DNA of 64,000 nucleotides, taken from assembly GCF_009914755.1 (NCBI RefSeq), contig NC_060927.1; one strand, written 5' to 3'. The translations under genes and the position numbers were made by a program. Under the pieces are notes generated by a model. It had not been told where the DNA came from and searched no databases. It was given only the letters and a program-made list of their open reading frames with translations. Source of the DNA: the human T2T-CHM13v2.0 reference genome, Homo sapiens. Position 1 is the first letter of the stretch. Each line of letters opens with the position of its first letter. This document shows, in pieces, positions 42,283 through 55,074 of this stretch.

Positions 42283-43063
42283 TGAAACAGGAGGAGTTCC
42301 CTTATAACCCTCACAGAGCATGAGACAGAGGTGTGGCTCGCTTCTTTGGTGCCCTGCTGCTCAAACCTCTAGTGGAAGCATGCAGATTGGCAGGTTGTGG
42401 GGAACGTTTTTGGGCTCTGACCCCACAGCAGCATCTAGGGTTGAGTGTTTACAGCTCCCGAAGGCCCAGTGGGTGTGTGTTACAGTGTGCTCTTTCAGCT
42501 TAGCCGTCCACAGATGGCTTGTTTTAATCAGCTCTAATAGACCCTTTGCGTTTTCTCAAGGACAGAGGGCTTTCTGTATCCCAGGTTCTTGTCCTAGTGT
42601 ACCAGAAAAATCAGATCCCATGTGGGCTTGGAGGATGGGTGCAATGTTTTATTGAGTGGTGGCAGTAGTTCTCAGTGATGTGGATAGGGAGCCAGAAGGG
42701 GGTTGGAGTGGGAAGGTGGTCTTTCCCTGGAGTCAGGCCACCCAGCGACTGGACTGTGCTCCAACCACCCCCGACCGAATTCTGCATCGTCCCACCTCAA
42801 TGGCCTGTTGGTGTCTGTTAATGTGCTCTTCTGCTCCTCTTGATGTCCAGCTGCTTGTGTCCGTGCCCTCTATGGTCTTGGGTTTTTATGGGCACAGGAT
42901 GGGGGATGGTGGGCTAAAGTGGTCTTGGAAAATGCAACACTTGGGTGTGAAAACAGAAGTTCCTGTTCTCACTTAGGTCCGTGGACACAGGCCCAAGGGT
43001 GGAGCCCTTGCCAGGGACCCTGCCCTTCTCTACCCAGCACTTCCCTGCCCTTCTCCCATATCA
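42283..43063 (-). mobile_element. 3' LTR of the ERV1 provirus (LTR1 family, HUERS-P2-like), complete
   Basis: Minus strand TGATATGGGAGAAGGGCAGGGAAGTGCTGGGTAGAG...CA; TATA-like CATAAAAACC; AATAAA; PPT-like AAGAGCAGGGAAA just upstream (43064-43076). Confidence 0.85.
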
Positions 43064-43489
43064 TTTCCCTGCTCTTAAGAGGTACATCTAACTGCCATTA
43101 GAATATGGATGACAACTGGTCTTAGCTACTTCCGGCTCACAGGGGGCATTTTTTTTGGGGGGGCGGGGTGGGGGGAATGGCAGTCATATTCCTTCCAGAG
43201 GGGGTTCCTGGCAAAGGGGAGCCATTATCCGAGGCTCTGGTTGCCTGGCCATTTGGAGTTTGATGGCCTCTAAGTGTGAGAGAAAAAAAAAACCAAAAAA
43301 ACAAGTTTTATAAAGTTAAGTATACGTGGGTTAAACATGTGCATTATACAAGGAAAGAATTCAGGGCCAAATATTACAGAGATAAGAAGTGAAATATACT
43401 AACAACAACATTGTACTCAGAGCTGTTTCACTCTGGTGAAAGAAATTAAACCTTTTATGGGAGCAGTTAAACTTTAGAAGACAGATAAC

Positions 43490-44655
43490 TGTTCTTGCCA
43501 TATCTGTAGCAGTTAACAGGTGCACTCTGGGAATTTTGGGGTTTGTGGGCTTTCCTAGCAGCCATTAAAGCCTCTCTCTCTTTCCTGTATTTCCTGTCTC
43601 TCTATTATAAAAGACCATGGTGGCCACTTTCAGTAGGTCTTCTAATGTACTATCTGGTCCCAGGGCCCATTTCTGCAACTTCTTTCTGCTATCAGGGGCT
43701 GCCTGAGTAATTAATTTATCCTTCAGAATTAGTTGTCCCTTGACTGAATCAGGGGATAGCAAGGTGTGCTTTATCAAGGCATCTCTTTAGCTTTTCCAGG
43801 AAGGCAGGGGGATTTTCATCGAAGTCCTGGTCGATCACCGACCACTTAGCTTGATTCTAGTTCTAAATGAGCCTTCCATTAGGCACACCTGAAAGTGTCT
43901 CCTCTTCCAATCTCCCATTTCATCACTGGGATTCCATTAAGGTCATTCACTGGTACCATTTCTCTTTCAGTTGGATAATTTTCACCCTCTTCTTCCCTGA
44001 TGCTGTATGTAACACAAAGCTCATCCCCAAATCTCTCTGCTGCTTGCAGAGTGGACTGCTTCTCAGTGTCTATCAGGGTCTGATTCAAAACTAACAAAAC
44101 ATCTCTCCAGGAGTGCCCAAATATTTGGGTGAAATTCTGGAAAGCCTCTATATATCTGTCAGGGTCATCTGAAAACTTGCCAAGATCCCCCTTAATTTGC
44201 TTTAAGTTCTGCAGAGAGAAGGGGACCTGGACCTTACTGGGGCCAAATTCACCAGGCATCTGTTGGAGGGGCAAGTGTGAGACTGGGGCTTGTCCAGGGT
44301 GAGGATTTCTAGGAGGGGGCAAGTGAGAGGCTGAAGCTGGATAGGAAGATCGGGGTGGACCCAGAGGAGCAGGGCTGGAGGGAACTGGGTCCTCTGCTGG
44401 AAGTGCCTCTGGGACTCGAATCTTTCATTCCCTGGGCTTGCTTCTTGCAGCCTTCCCTGAGATGGCAAACAGGAGGGCTATCCTACACTGTCGACAAAGG
44501 TCTGGATTGCCTTGCAAGGTATAGAAAGCCTGCACATATGGGGCCTCAGACCATCTGTCTTCATTTACAGAAAAGTTTCAACTGCTGGATGGTATGAAAA
44601 TGAATGGTTCCTTCCTGAGGACAAGTCAGTCCTTGCTGTAAATTACAATTGGTAC
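43490..44655 (-). pseudogene. gag: Disabled class I ERV gag (partial MA, CA, start of the NC knuckle); no pro/pol/env
   Basis: [77 protein letters not shown], and NCYRYGK (decayed Cx2C) are HERV9/W-like Gag motifs; frameshifted. Confidence 0.92.
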
Positions 44656-44663
44656 TCAAAGTC

Positions 44664-45323
44664 CTCCAACCTCATAGCCGTGTCTAGGGTTGAGTGTTAC
44701 AGCTCCCAAAGCCCCAGTGGGAGTGTGTTACAGGGTGCTCTTTCAGTTTTGCCATCTATAGGCCGTTTGTTTTAATCAGCTTAATTAGACCCTCTCCTTT
44801 ATCGCAAGGACAGAGGGCTTTCTGTATCCCAGGTTCTTGCCGTAGTGTACTGGAAAAATCGGATCACATGTGGGCTTGTAGGATGGGTGCAAGGTTTTAT
44901 TGAGTGGTGGCAGTGGCTCTCAGTGAGGTGGATAGGGAGCCAGGAGGGGGATGGAGTAGGAAGGTGGTCTTCCCTTGGAGTCAGGCCGCTCAGCGGCTGG
45001 ATTCTCCTCCAACCACCCCCAATCAAATTCTGTGCCATCCCAACTTGATGGCCTGCCGGTGATGGCTGGAGTCTGTTGGTGTGCTCTTCTGCTCCTCTTG
45101 ACATCCAGTCACTTGTGTGTGTGCCTGCTACAGTCCCGGGCTTTTATGAGCACAGGATGGGGGGCTTGGCATGCCAGAGTGGTCTTGGAAAATACAACAT
45201 TTGGGCACAGAAACAGGAGTGACTGCTCCCACTTAGATCTGTGGGCACAGGCCTGAGGGTGGAGCCCTTGCCAGGGACCCCATCCTTCTCTACCCAGTAC
45301 TTACCTGGCCCTCTCCCATATCA
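44664..45323 (-). mobile_element. 5' LTR of the same provirus, lacking its 3' ~130 bp
   Basis: Colinear with 42415-43063; ends CCCATATCA; 4-bp TSD GAAG (42279-42282) / GAAA (45324-45327). Confidence 0.9.
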
Positions 45324-47562
45324 GAAACTATAGTTTTTCAAAATTTTATACTAGCTATGTGATCCATCTAAAATTAATTTCTGTGTATGATGTGGGATAG
45401 GGACTGAGGTTCATTTTTTTTCACATGGATATCTGATGACACAGCACCATTTAATAAAAAGTGCATCTATTCACAATGTGCTACAGTTGTAAGTTTGCCA
45501 AAAATCAAATGACCATATATATGTGGATTTGTTTCTGGAATCTGTATTTATTTCAAAGGTCTGTTTCTCTCCCCTTGATTCAATAAGCCTTGATATCTGG
45601 AAATGTTTGTGTTCTCATTTTCTTCTGCTTCAAGGTCATCTTTTATTCTTGAATCTTATGATTTTCAAGTAAATTTTAAAATAAACTTATACATTCCTGT
45701 GGCAGAAATCCTACAAGAATTGTCTTTGTGATTTCCTTGAATCTACAGGTCAATTTAGAAAGATTTAATAAGTTTACAATGTTAAGTATTCTAACTCAGA
45801 ATATGATATAATCCTCTTTAGAATTTCTTTAGTTGCATTCATTATTAAAAACTTTTAATATAACATAACATACATGTATCAATATGCATAAACATAACTC
45901 AATTGCAATTTTGCTAACAATTTTTTACTCTCAATATTAACAGTTTTCTCCAGCTGTATTTCACATCTTTTCTCAGGCTTAGTAGTAAGTATTTTTTGTT
46001 ACTATTGTAAATAAAGTATATTTTATTTTATTTTTTAATGATTTATTGCTTATATGCAGAAATAGAATTGATTTTTGTTGCTTAACATTGTATACAATAA
46101 GTTTGTTGAATTCACTTGTTAATTTTAATGATACATCTGTAAATTGAAAAGAAATTATGGATTCGATCCTGCTGTATAATTTTATTTCTATTTTTTAATC
46201 TTGATAACTTTCATTTTCTTTTCTTTTTTTATTTCTTTGACTAGGACTTTCAATATGATGTTGAAGAAAAATGCTGATAGCTGATATCCTTGTCTCAGTC
46301 CTAATCTCAGGGGATTAGAGTTTCAGTAATTCAGCATTAAGGATGATATTTGTAGTATAATAATAATAACTATTATTATCTGGAAAACCTTTATATATTA
46401 AGGGAGTTTTTATTTCTATCTAGCTGTTTTCAAAAAAATCATGAATGAATGTTAAAAGTTATTAAATACTTTTTCCTTAACTATTGAGTGCATTATATAG
46501 GTTTTTTCCTTTGAAATTGTTAATGTAATAAATTATACCAAATATTAATATGAACTAAATATTAACACAAACTACATTCCTCGGATAAACCCAACTTAGT
46601 CATAATGTATTGTCCTTTTTAGACATTGCTAAATTGGATAAGGAATATTTTGTGGATGACTTTTTAAAATCATGTTCATGAGAGATTGGCCTGTGATTTA
46701 TCTTCCTTTTAATTCCTAATCAGGTTCATAAAATACATTGAAAAGAGATATTTTCTATTATATAAAATTTTGATTAATTTTGATATTGTTCTTAGTGAAA
46801 TCATTGGAACAATTCACTATAGAAATTATCTGGGCCAGTAATGTTCTTTGCCAGAATATTTTTAGACACTGATTGAATTACTTTAATAAATACAAGACTC
46901 TTTTCAAATATTCTGTTTCTTCTAAAGTTGGAGAAAGTTTCTTGTTAGTTTGGTAAGTTTTATTTTTCACAAATATAATTTTCGCCTACATTTTCTACAT
47001 TTCAGCTTAGTGGTGTAAATTTTTTCAGAGTATCACCTGTTTTCTCTAAATATCTGTAAGATCTATAATGATACCATTTACCTCTTTTTTCTTGATTAGT
47101 CTATATAAAGAATCTACTTTTAGTTTTGTTGCTTTTTTAATATTGTAGGTGTGTTTTTATTAATTTATGGTTTTAAAATATGTTTTCAAATTTTTCTTGT
47201 TTTTTTCTTGTCATAACATATATACACTAAAGTACACTAATTTTAAGTGTGTAATCTGATGAAGTTTTACATATTTATGCACCCACAAAATAACCACCCA
47301 GGTCAAGTTAATACACAGAAGATTTCTTCTTGGCCATTTCTAGTCATTTTCAACCCTCTCATGTTTTTCTTTAATATTACTTCTATCAGCCAATTAATCG
47401 TTGATCATAAAAGGTGCCTGTTCTAGAATTCCATGTAAACTGAATCATACAGATTCTTTTGTGTCTGACTTCCTTTGCTCAATATATTGTGAGATTCATC
47501 CATTGTAGTGAATATAGCCATAATTTAAAAAAATTTCCCTGAGCTATTCCATTTTATGGCTA

Positions 47563-50242
47563 TAGGCATACATCAGAGATATTGCAGGATCAGTTACAGA
47601 ATACCACAGTAAATCAAATACTGCAATAAAGTGAGCCAAATGAATTCTTTGGTTCTCAGTATATGTAAAAGTTATACATACACTATACTGTAGTTAATTA
47701 CTGTAGTTAATTATGTCTAAAAAGTGTACTTATCTTAATTTAAAATAATTTTTATTCATTTATTATTTCCATAAATTAATGGGAACAGGTGGTGTTTGAT
47801 TATATGAGTAAGTTCTTTAGTGGTGATTTTCGATATTTTGGTGCACCCATCACCCAAGCAGTATACACTGCACCCAATTTGTAGTCTTTTATCCCTCACC
47901 CTCTTCCCACCCTCTCTTTCTGAGTTCCCAAAGTCCGTTGTGTCATTCTTATTTCTTTATATCTTCATAGCTTAGCTCCCACTCAGGAGTGAGAACAATG
48001 TTTCGTTTTCCATTCCTGAGTTATTTCACATTGCTAAGAAATGCCAACAATCATCTGAGCCTTCAGCAAGTCATAATCTTTTTGCTGGGAGAGGGCCTTG
48101 CCTTGATGTGGAGGTCTACTGACTTATCAGAGTGGTGGTTACTAAAGGTTGTGGTGGTGGTGGCAATTTCTTAAAATAACACAACATTGAAGTGTGCAAT
48201 ATTGAATGACTTCCTTTCACAAAAGGTTCCTCTATAACATGCAATGCTGTGTGATAGAATTTTACCCACAGTAGAACTTCTTTCAAAATTGGAGTCAATC
48301 CTCTCCAACATTGTCACTGCTTTATCAACTAAGTTTATGTAACATTCTAAATCACTTGTTATAATTTAAACAATGTCCATTGCATAATTTATAAGAAGTT
48401 AATTCCGTCTAAAAAAATCACCTCCTTTGCTCACCTATAGGAAGCAATTCCTTACCCATTCAAGTTTGATCATGAAATTGCAGCAAATAGTCACATCTTC
48501 AGATTCTACTTCTAGTTCTCTTGCTATTTCCATCTCATCTGTAGTTATTTTCCCCATTGAAATCTTGAACCCTCAAAGTCATCTGTAAGGGTTAGGATGA
48601 ACTTCTTCCACATTCCTGTTAATGTTGATGTTTTGATTTCCTCCCATGATTCACACATATTCTTAATGGCATCTAGAATGGTGAAGTCTTTTTAGAAGGT
48701 TTTCAATTTAGTTTTCCCAGATCCATCAAAGGAATCACTGTCTATGGCAGCTGTAGCCTTATAAAGTGTATTTCTTAAATAACAAGACTTGAAAATTGAA
48801 ATTACTCTTTGATGTATGGGCTGCAGACTGGACGCTGTGTTAGCCAGAATGAAAACAACATTAATCTCCTTGTACATAGTCATCGGAATTCTTGGGTGAC
48901 TAGGTACACTGTTAATAAGCAGTACTATTTTGAAAGGATCTTTTTTTTCTGCAAAGTATGTCTCAACAGTGGACTGTTAAAATATTCAGTAAATCATATT
49001 GTAAACAGAGGTACTGTTTTCCAGGCTTTGTTGTTCCATTTATAGACCATAGGCAGTGTAGATTTAGCATACTTCTGAAGAGCTCTAGAGTTTTCATAAT
49101 GGTAAATGAGCATTGGCTTTAACTTAAAGTCACCATCTACATTGGCCCCTAACAAAAGGGTCAGCCTGTCCTTTGAAGCTTTGAAGTCAGCCATTAACTT
49201 GTCTCTAGCTATGAAAGTCTTAGATGACGTCTTCTTCCATTAGAAGGCTGTTATGTTTACATAAAAAAAAATCTGTTGTTTAGTGTAACTACCTTCATCA
49301 ATATCTTAGCTAGATCTTCTGGATAATTTGCTGCAGCTTCTATATCAGCTTTTGCTACTTCACCTTGTACTTTTATGTTATGGAGATGATTTCTTTCCCT
49401 AAACCTTGTGAAACCAACCTCTGCTCATTTTAAACTTTTCTTCTGCGGCTTCTTCACCTCTCTTAGGCTTCATAGAATTGAAGAGATTTAGTACCTCCTT
49501 GCTCTGGATTAGGCTTTGGCTTAAGGGAATGTTGTAGCTATCTCGATCGTCTATCCAGACCATGAAAACTTTCTCCACATCAGCAATAAGGCTGTCTCAC
49601 TTCCTTATCATTCACATGTTTACTGGAGTAACCACTTTTAATTTTCTTCAAGAATTTTTCCTTTGCATTCACAACTTGCCTGTTTGGCACAAGAGACCCA
49701 GCTTTCAGCGCATCTTTGTTTTCAACACGCCTACCTCTCTAAGCTTAATTATTTCTAGCTTCTGATTTAAAATGAGAGACATGAAACTTCTGCTTTCACT
49801 TGAACACTTAGAGGCTATTGTACAGTTATTAAATGGCCAAATTTCAATATTGTTGTGTCTCAGGGATAGGCCTGAAGAGAAGGAGAGAGAGGGGGAATGG
49901 CTGGTTTGTGGAGTAGTTAAACACACACACACACACGCACACACACACGCAGTATTTGTTATTAAGTTTGTGTCATATTATGGGCATGGTTTGTGGGGTC
50001 CCAAAACAATTACAATAGAAAAAGCAAAGATCACTAATCACAGATCACCATAACAGATAAAATAATCATAAAAAGTTTGAAATATTACGAGAATTGCCAA
50101 AATATGACACAGATTTGAAGTAAGAACATGTTGAAAAAGGGCACCAAAAGACTTGCTTGATGCAGGATTGCCACAAATCTTCAATTTGTAAAATAAAAAA
50201 AAAAAAAGTCTGAAAAGTGCAATAAAGCACAATGTATACCTG
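47563..50242 (-). mobile_element. Tigger1 DNA transposon, both ends present, transposase disabled
   Basis: Termini TAGGCATACATCAGAGATATTGC and GTATACCTG, TA TSDs; ORF remnants [27 protein letters not shown] and EINVVFILANTASSLQP (pogo/TIGD1-type DDE domain). Confidence 0.96.
47749..48029 (-). mobile_element. L1PB1-like 3' end inserted in Tigger1
   Basis: GGGAACAGGTGGTGTTTGATTATATGAGTAAGTTCTTTAGTGGTGATTT...CATAGCTTAGCTCCCACT. Confidence 0.9.
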
Positions 50243-51370
50243 TATACCATGACTCACTCACTGATCTATTCTTTTGTTTATGAGCATTTCTTTCTAGTGT
50301 GATGCTGTTATGAATCAAGGTGTCATGAACATTCTTGTACATGTCTTACAGAGGACATATGTACTCATTTCTTTGAGGTCTATACCTTAAAATAAGATTA
50401 CTGGGACATAATTTAGGATTATTTGTAGCTTTATTTGCTATTACTAAACAGTTTTTGAAAGTGATTGAGACAATTTATGCTTCTAGCAATGTATCAGAGT
50501 AACAATTGCTTTGCAATCTTGCCTATATTTGGTTTTAAAAGTATTTTTATTTTTAGCATTGAGGTGGTTTAAAGTTGTATCAAGATACAAAATTATGATT
50601 TTAAATTAACCAATGAGTAATGATATTAAGTATACATTTTCATGCTTATTGGCCATATAGATATTCTGTTTTATAAAGAGCATGTTCATGTGTTTTACTG
50701 TTTCTAACTGGGTTGTCATTTTATTATTAATTTTAGTAAAAGCAATTCTATTTATTTTCCAGATGTAAATTTTCAGCAGATGACTGTGTTGTAAATATTT
50801 TCTCCCAATTTTTAGCTTGTCTTTTTAATTCTCTTAATAGTATCATTTGATGGACATATATTTTTAATTTTAATTATATCTAATTTTTCTTCTTTTTTCC
50901 CTTCTATTATTAGTGTTTTATATGTCCAGGTTAGAAAGTATTTGCCAACTGACAACATTATGAAGGTTTTTTTCCATGCATTTTTTGGTAGGATCTTCCT
51001 TATTTCACTTTTCCATTTAGATATATAATCCATCCTGAATAAATTTATGGTATGAATTAGGTGTACAGGTTTATTTTCTTCCCAAGTTAATGTCTATTGC
51101 TTTAGCACAATTTATTGACAAGACTATCACTTCTCCACTTGATTCCTGTAACACCTTTGTTGGAAATCATATATGTGTAATTTATTTCTCAACTTCCTAT
51201 CTGTCTCGACTTCCTATTCTGGATAGATCTATATGTCTATCCTTGCACTTGTACCACATTATCTTATTAAATGTAGCATTGTAGTTCTTATAATAAATCT
51301 TATAATTTAGTAATTTAAGTTCTCTAACTTTGCTGTGATCTTCAAAATTATTGTGATTTTTCTGGGTTTA

Positions 51371-52768
51371 TCTGCCTTTTAATTTTACTTTAGTGAAATT
51401 TTGGCAGATATACTCTCAATTTTTGTTTATTGTGATATGTATTATTTCACTTTAATTTTTGAGGTATATTTTCACTGGTATAGAATTCTAAGTTGACATT
51501 TTTTTCAGCACATTAAAGATGTCACTTCATTGTTTTCTTGCTCCTTCATTTTAGTTGGGAAGTCAGCCGCCAGTCTTATTGCTACTCATTTGACAATGAT
51601 GCATCTTTTATTCTCTGGTTACTTTTAAGATTTTGTTTTGCTTTAGTTCAGTTTTACCATGATGTGCCTATGTGTGGTTTTCATTGTATTAATCTACCTT
51701 GAGCTAATTGAGCTTCTTTTACCTGTGGGTGACATCTTTCATTTGTCTTGGGTCATTATTTCTTCAAAAATTGCTTCTACCTCACTCTCACTCCCTCCAC
51801 TACTGGGAGTCCAGTTACATGTGTTATATATTTCCATTCTCTTCCACATGTCTTTTATATGCTTTCTGTGCATCTCATTCTTAATCCTCTCTCTTAGTCT
51901 GGATATTATTTACTGACCTAACTTTAAGATTACTAATCCTTTCTTTAATGTGCCTATTCTGTTGTAAAATTATCATATTTTAAATTTCAGTAATTACATT
52001 TTTTAAAAAAATCTAAAATTCCCTTAATTTTTCATAGAATCAAATTCACTGGTAAAATTTGTTTGTCTTTATTTTCTTCAGCATATTAATCAGTTATTTT
52101 AAAGTCTGTGTCTGATAGCTCTGGATTACCTTTAGGTCTGTTTCTGTTCAGTGCTTTTTCTCTTCTGTCTCTTGATATATCTGGAAATTCTAAACTGAAT
52201 GCCAGACATTGTGTTTAATAAGTGTTAGAGACTATGAATGATGTTATGTCTCTTCAGAGAGGGTTTTGTTTAGCATCTGGATAAAGGATTAGGGTTGATT
52301 TGAAGTTATGTTTTAGTCCTTGTAAGGTCTAGTTCACTTCTGCTTCATTGTAACTATGGTGTATAATCTTGTGGAGATTATGCACCTATGTGGGCCCTGA
52401 ACTCCTGATTATATGCCCCCGATGTGATGTAAGGTCAATAGGTCTGCTAAACTTCTCAGTTTTTTAGCAGCTGATTTTTTTTCCCTGTTTCTCCATATTT
52501 GATCTATTTGTCACACACATTAATAGGTGGTTAGATGGATAAAAGTGGTATAGAAGCCAAAATTATCTCAGTGATTTTTTTTTTGTCAGTAGCATCATGA
52601 CCCTTCAAGTTCCAACTGCCTTGCTAACTCTTCAGTACCTTCAAATATCTCTGATGCTTTCAAACAGATGTTTTTATTTTGTGTTTCATTTTGGCATTTT
52701 ATCTAATTTTTCTAGTTGTTCTTAGTAGCAGCACTGGTCTGACAAAAGCTGGCGCATTAGAGCCAGAA
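51371..52768 (-). mobile_element. L1ME/HAL1-like ORF1 and 5' end
   Basis: TTTTCACTGGTATAGAATTCTAAGTTGACA...CAGCACATTAAAGATGTCA (ORF1 C-terminal region); GGTCTGACAAAAGCTGG...CCAGAAGT resembles the L1ME/HAL1 5' terminus. Confidence 0.7.
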
Positions 52769-52887
52769 GTGGAGGATTTAGGGGGTCAGATCTAGAGACA
52801 GTGTATATCACATTCTTCTAAGACATGAAATACAGTCACCTGTTGTGTCCAGAAGGAAAATAAAACGTTTTAGTGAAAAATATAGCA
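52769..52887 (-). mobile_element. MLT1J LTR, right half
   Basis: GTGGAGGAT...GGTCAGATCTAGAG...ATCACATTC...TGTGTCCAGAAGGAAAATAAAACGTTTTAGTGAA...TAGCA continues the consensus from 40906. Confidence 0.65.
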
Positions 52888-53284
52888 TTTTATTTTCCTG
52901 TTATAAGCAATCAGTTGTGGGTTTACTATGTACTTTGTAGGTTTCAATCAGATCTTTATGCATTTTTAGCCAAATTTTAAGCTAACACTTGAAACATAGT
53001 AAAAGGTTCATAAAACAAACTCTGTATATGTATTTTAAATCTAAATACTTATTTTTTTTTTGGTTCTGGGCACTATACTAGGCACATTTACACCTGTTCT
53101 ATTCTTGAATCCTCACATATATCCTACAAAACAAGTATTACTATTTTCTACATTTTTCCAAATGTAAGAAATTTTTTTCAACCTCTGAGACTAAAGCTAT
53201 TGTTTAATTTTGTTTTCTGATGCAGACTAAAGGCTGATTAATTTATTCTATAACTTTTTAATTATCATATGTTGTTATAACATA

Positions 53285-53532
53285 TAGGTGCAAGAAGATA
53301 TAGTAATTGAAACCAAGAGCTCTGGAACTAGGCTGCTAGGTTTTAATTCAATCTTCACCACTTCCTGGTGGTTCAGCCAGCAGGCAATCTACTTCATTTC
53401 TCTGTGCTTCAGTTTCCTCTTTTGTAAAATAGATATAATAACATATTGTTATACTAAATGCATTAATCTTTGAAGAGAGTCTAGAAAAGTGTCTAGTACA
53501 TAATGATCACTCAATAATTATTAACTATTAAC
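53285..53532 (+). mobile_element. MIR
   Basis: GCTCTGGAACTAGGCTGC...CTGTGCTTCAGTTTCCTCTTTTGTAAAAT...CACTCAATAA. Confidence 0.82.
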
Positions 53533-54370
53533 ATTATGTGGAAGAAGAAGAGTCCAAAGCTATTCTATAGCAGATTTACAAAATGTTTTATAGTTTTATA
53601 ACAGCTGCACTAGAATGTAAGTTCCATGAGTTTAGGGAGTTAATCCCTCAGTACGAAGTATGTTACTTGGTACCAACTAAGAGTATAAGATATTGAATTT
53701 CAAATTATGAAAGAAGAGTTTGGTTCCCTTTTTTCACCTATCCTTGTCAGTTACAGCTAATAATATCTGTCATATATTTTGCCCTCTTTCGTTTGCCCAC
53801 TTTTTTTGCAAAGAAAGTTTTTTCTTAAGATAAAAGTTCTAAATTGTTCTGAATATATAAGTTACCATCTTATCTTTCTTGAACTGGAGATCACTGCAGA
53901 ACACGTTTAAAATGTAGGAAGGACTATATATAACTTGGATGAATAAGTAGTTGATATTTTTTTCTAACTTGATAAAAAATTTATGCATTTACTGTCACAA
54001 ACAACTTGTGCTGTGACTTGCGTTTCACAATTTATGTACTTGATATCGTGTACCTTTGATGGTCCTTTTCTGTTTCTGACAGATTTTTTATTTTTTTGAG
54101 AAGGAAGAAAGGCATACATTTCTGTATTTGTATTCATTTTGTTTTTCTTTGGTAGTATCTCACTTTTTGTTCCAAAAAAAAGTTATCTGTCAATCAATGT
54201 TTACTAAGCATTTATTGCATCTCTGTGTGCACTTTCCTACTTCAAGTTCTGTCTGACAATTGGAGAAAGGCTGTGTAAGGAAAAAGAAAAGAATCTTAAA
54301 TTGTTAGAACTTAACATATTCAAAATCACTTTGAAAATAATTGAGGTATTACTTTCTTGCTCTTATCTGT

Positions 54371-54836
54371 GGTATTAGTTTCCCAGGACTGCTAGAAGAA
54401 GTTCCTACAAACTGGGTGGTTTCAAGTAACAGAAATTTATTCTGTCTCAGTTTTGGAGGCCAGAAATCGAAAACCAAGGTGTCAGTGAGATGGGTTCCTT
54501 TTGGAGGTTCTGAGGGAGAATCTATTCCATGCCTGCCTCCTAGCTTCTGGTGGCTGCCAACAACTCTTGCTGTGCTTTGACTCATGGATATATCACCCTA
54601 ATCACTGTCTCCAAATTCGCATCACCTTCTCCTGTGTTTCTCCTTTACGATTTGCATCCTTTCTTATAAGGACACTTGTCATTGGATTTAGAGTCCCCTC
54701 AGGTAAGCCAGGATGATCTCATCTCAAGATCTTTACTTTAATCACATCTGCAAAGACCCTTTTGCCAAATAAGGTCACATTCACAGATTTCAGCTGGACA
54801 TAGCTGTTTTGGGGGACCGCTATTCGACCTACTACA
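54371..54836 (-). mobile_element. MLT1C MaLR solo LTR
   Basis: GTATTAGTTTCC...GGTTCTGAGGGAGAATCT...ATCTGCAAAGACCCTTTTGCCAAATAAGGTCACATTCACAG...CTACTACA. Confidence 0.92.
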
Positions 54837-55074
54837 TTTGATGCCTACTTTGTTACTTTTCCTTGAATATTATCCTTTTTCAGATTTACAGAATTTCCGC
54901 CTTATATCTCTTGTTCTTCCCAAAGCCTGGTTGAGTGCTCTATCTAGGAATGTCATCTTAATAATGATGTATTAAAGAAATGGATGGCAAAAATGAAAGT
55001 ACAAAGGATTAAAACAAGCTCATGGCATGTAATAACGTAGTTTGAGTCTAGTGATAAGACTGACAAATAAAAAA

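Larger units (their letters stand above)
41215..47195 (-). mobile_element. L1ME-type LINE (3'UTR into ORF2), interrupted by the ERV1 provirus
   Basis: TATTTACCTAGAAATGGAATGGCTAGG 3' region; GGATAAACCCAACTTAGTCATAATG ORF2 region; contiguous across the ERV (TCTAGAAG...CTATAGTTT). Confidence 0.85.
47200..51370 (-). mobile_element. Second old L1 (L1ME/MC-like) 3' portion, interrupted by Tigger1
   Basis: New 3' end CATAACATATATACACTAAAGTACACTAATTTTAAGTGTG; contiguous across Tigger1 (ATTTTATGGC TA..TA TACCAT). Confidence 0.8.

Noticed and set aside
43879-44322. 147-aa Gag ORF as a possible domesticated capsid gene
   Set aside because: Frameshifts separate it from upstream MA and downstream CA; start codon and leader are deleted.
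42320-45256. Paired similar ORFs (42320-42655 with 44694-44903, and others) looking like a duplicated gene
   Set aside because: Antisense readings of the two proviral LTRs.
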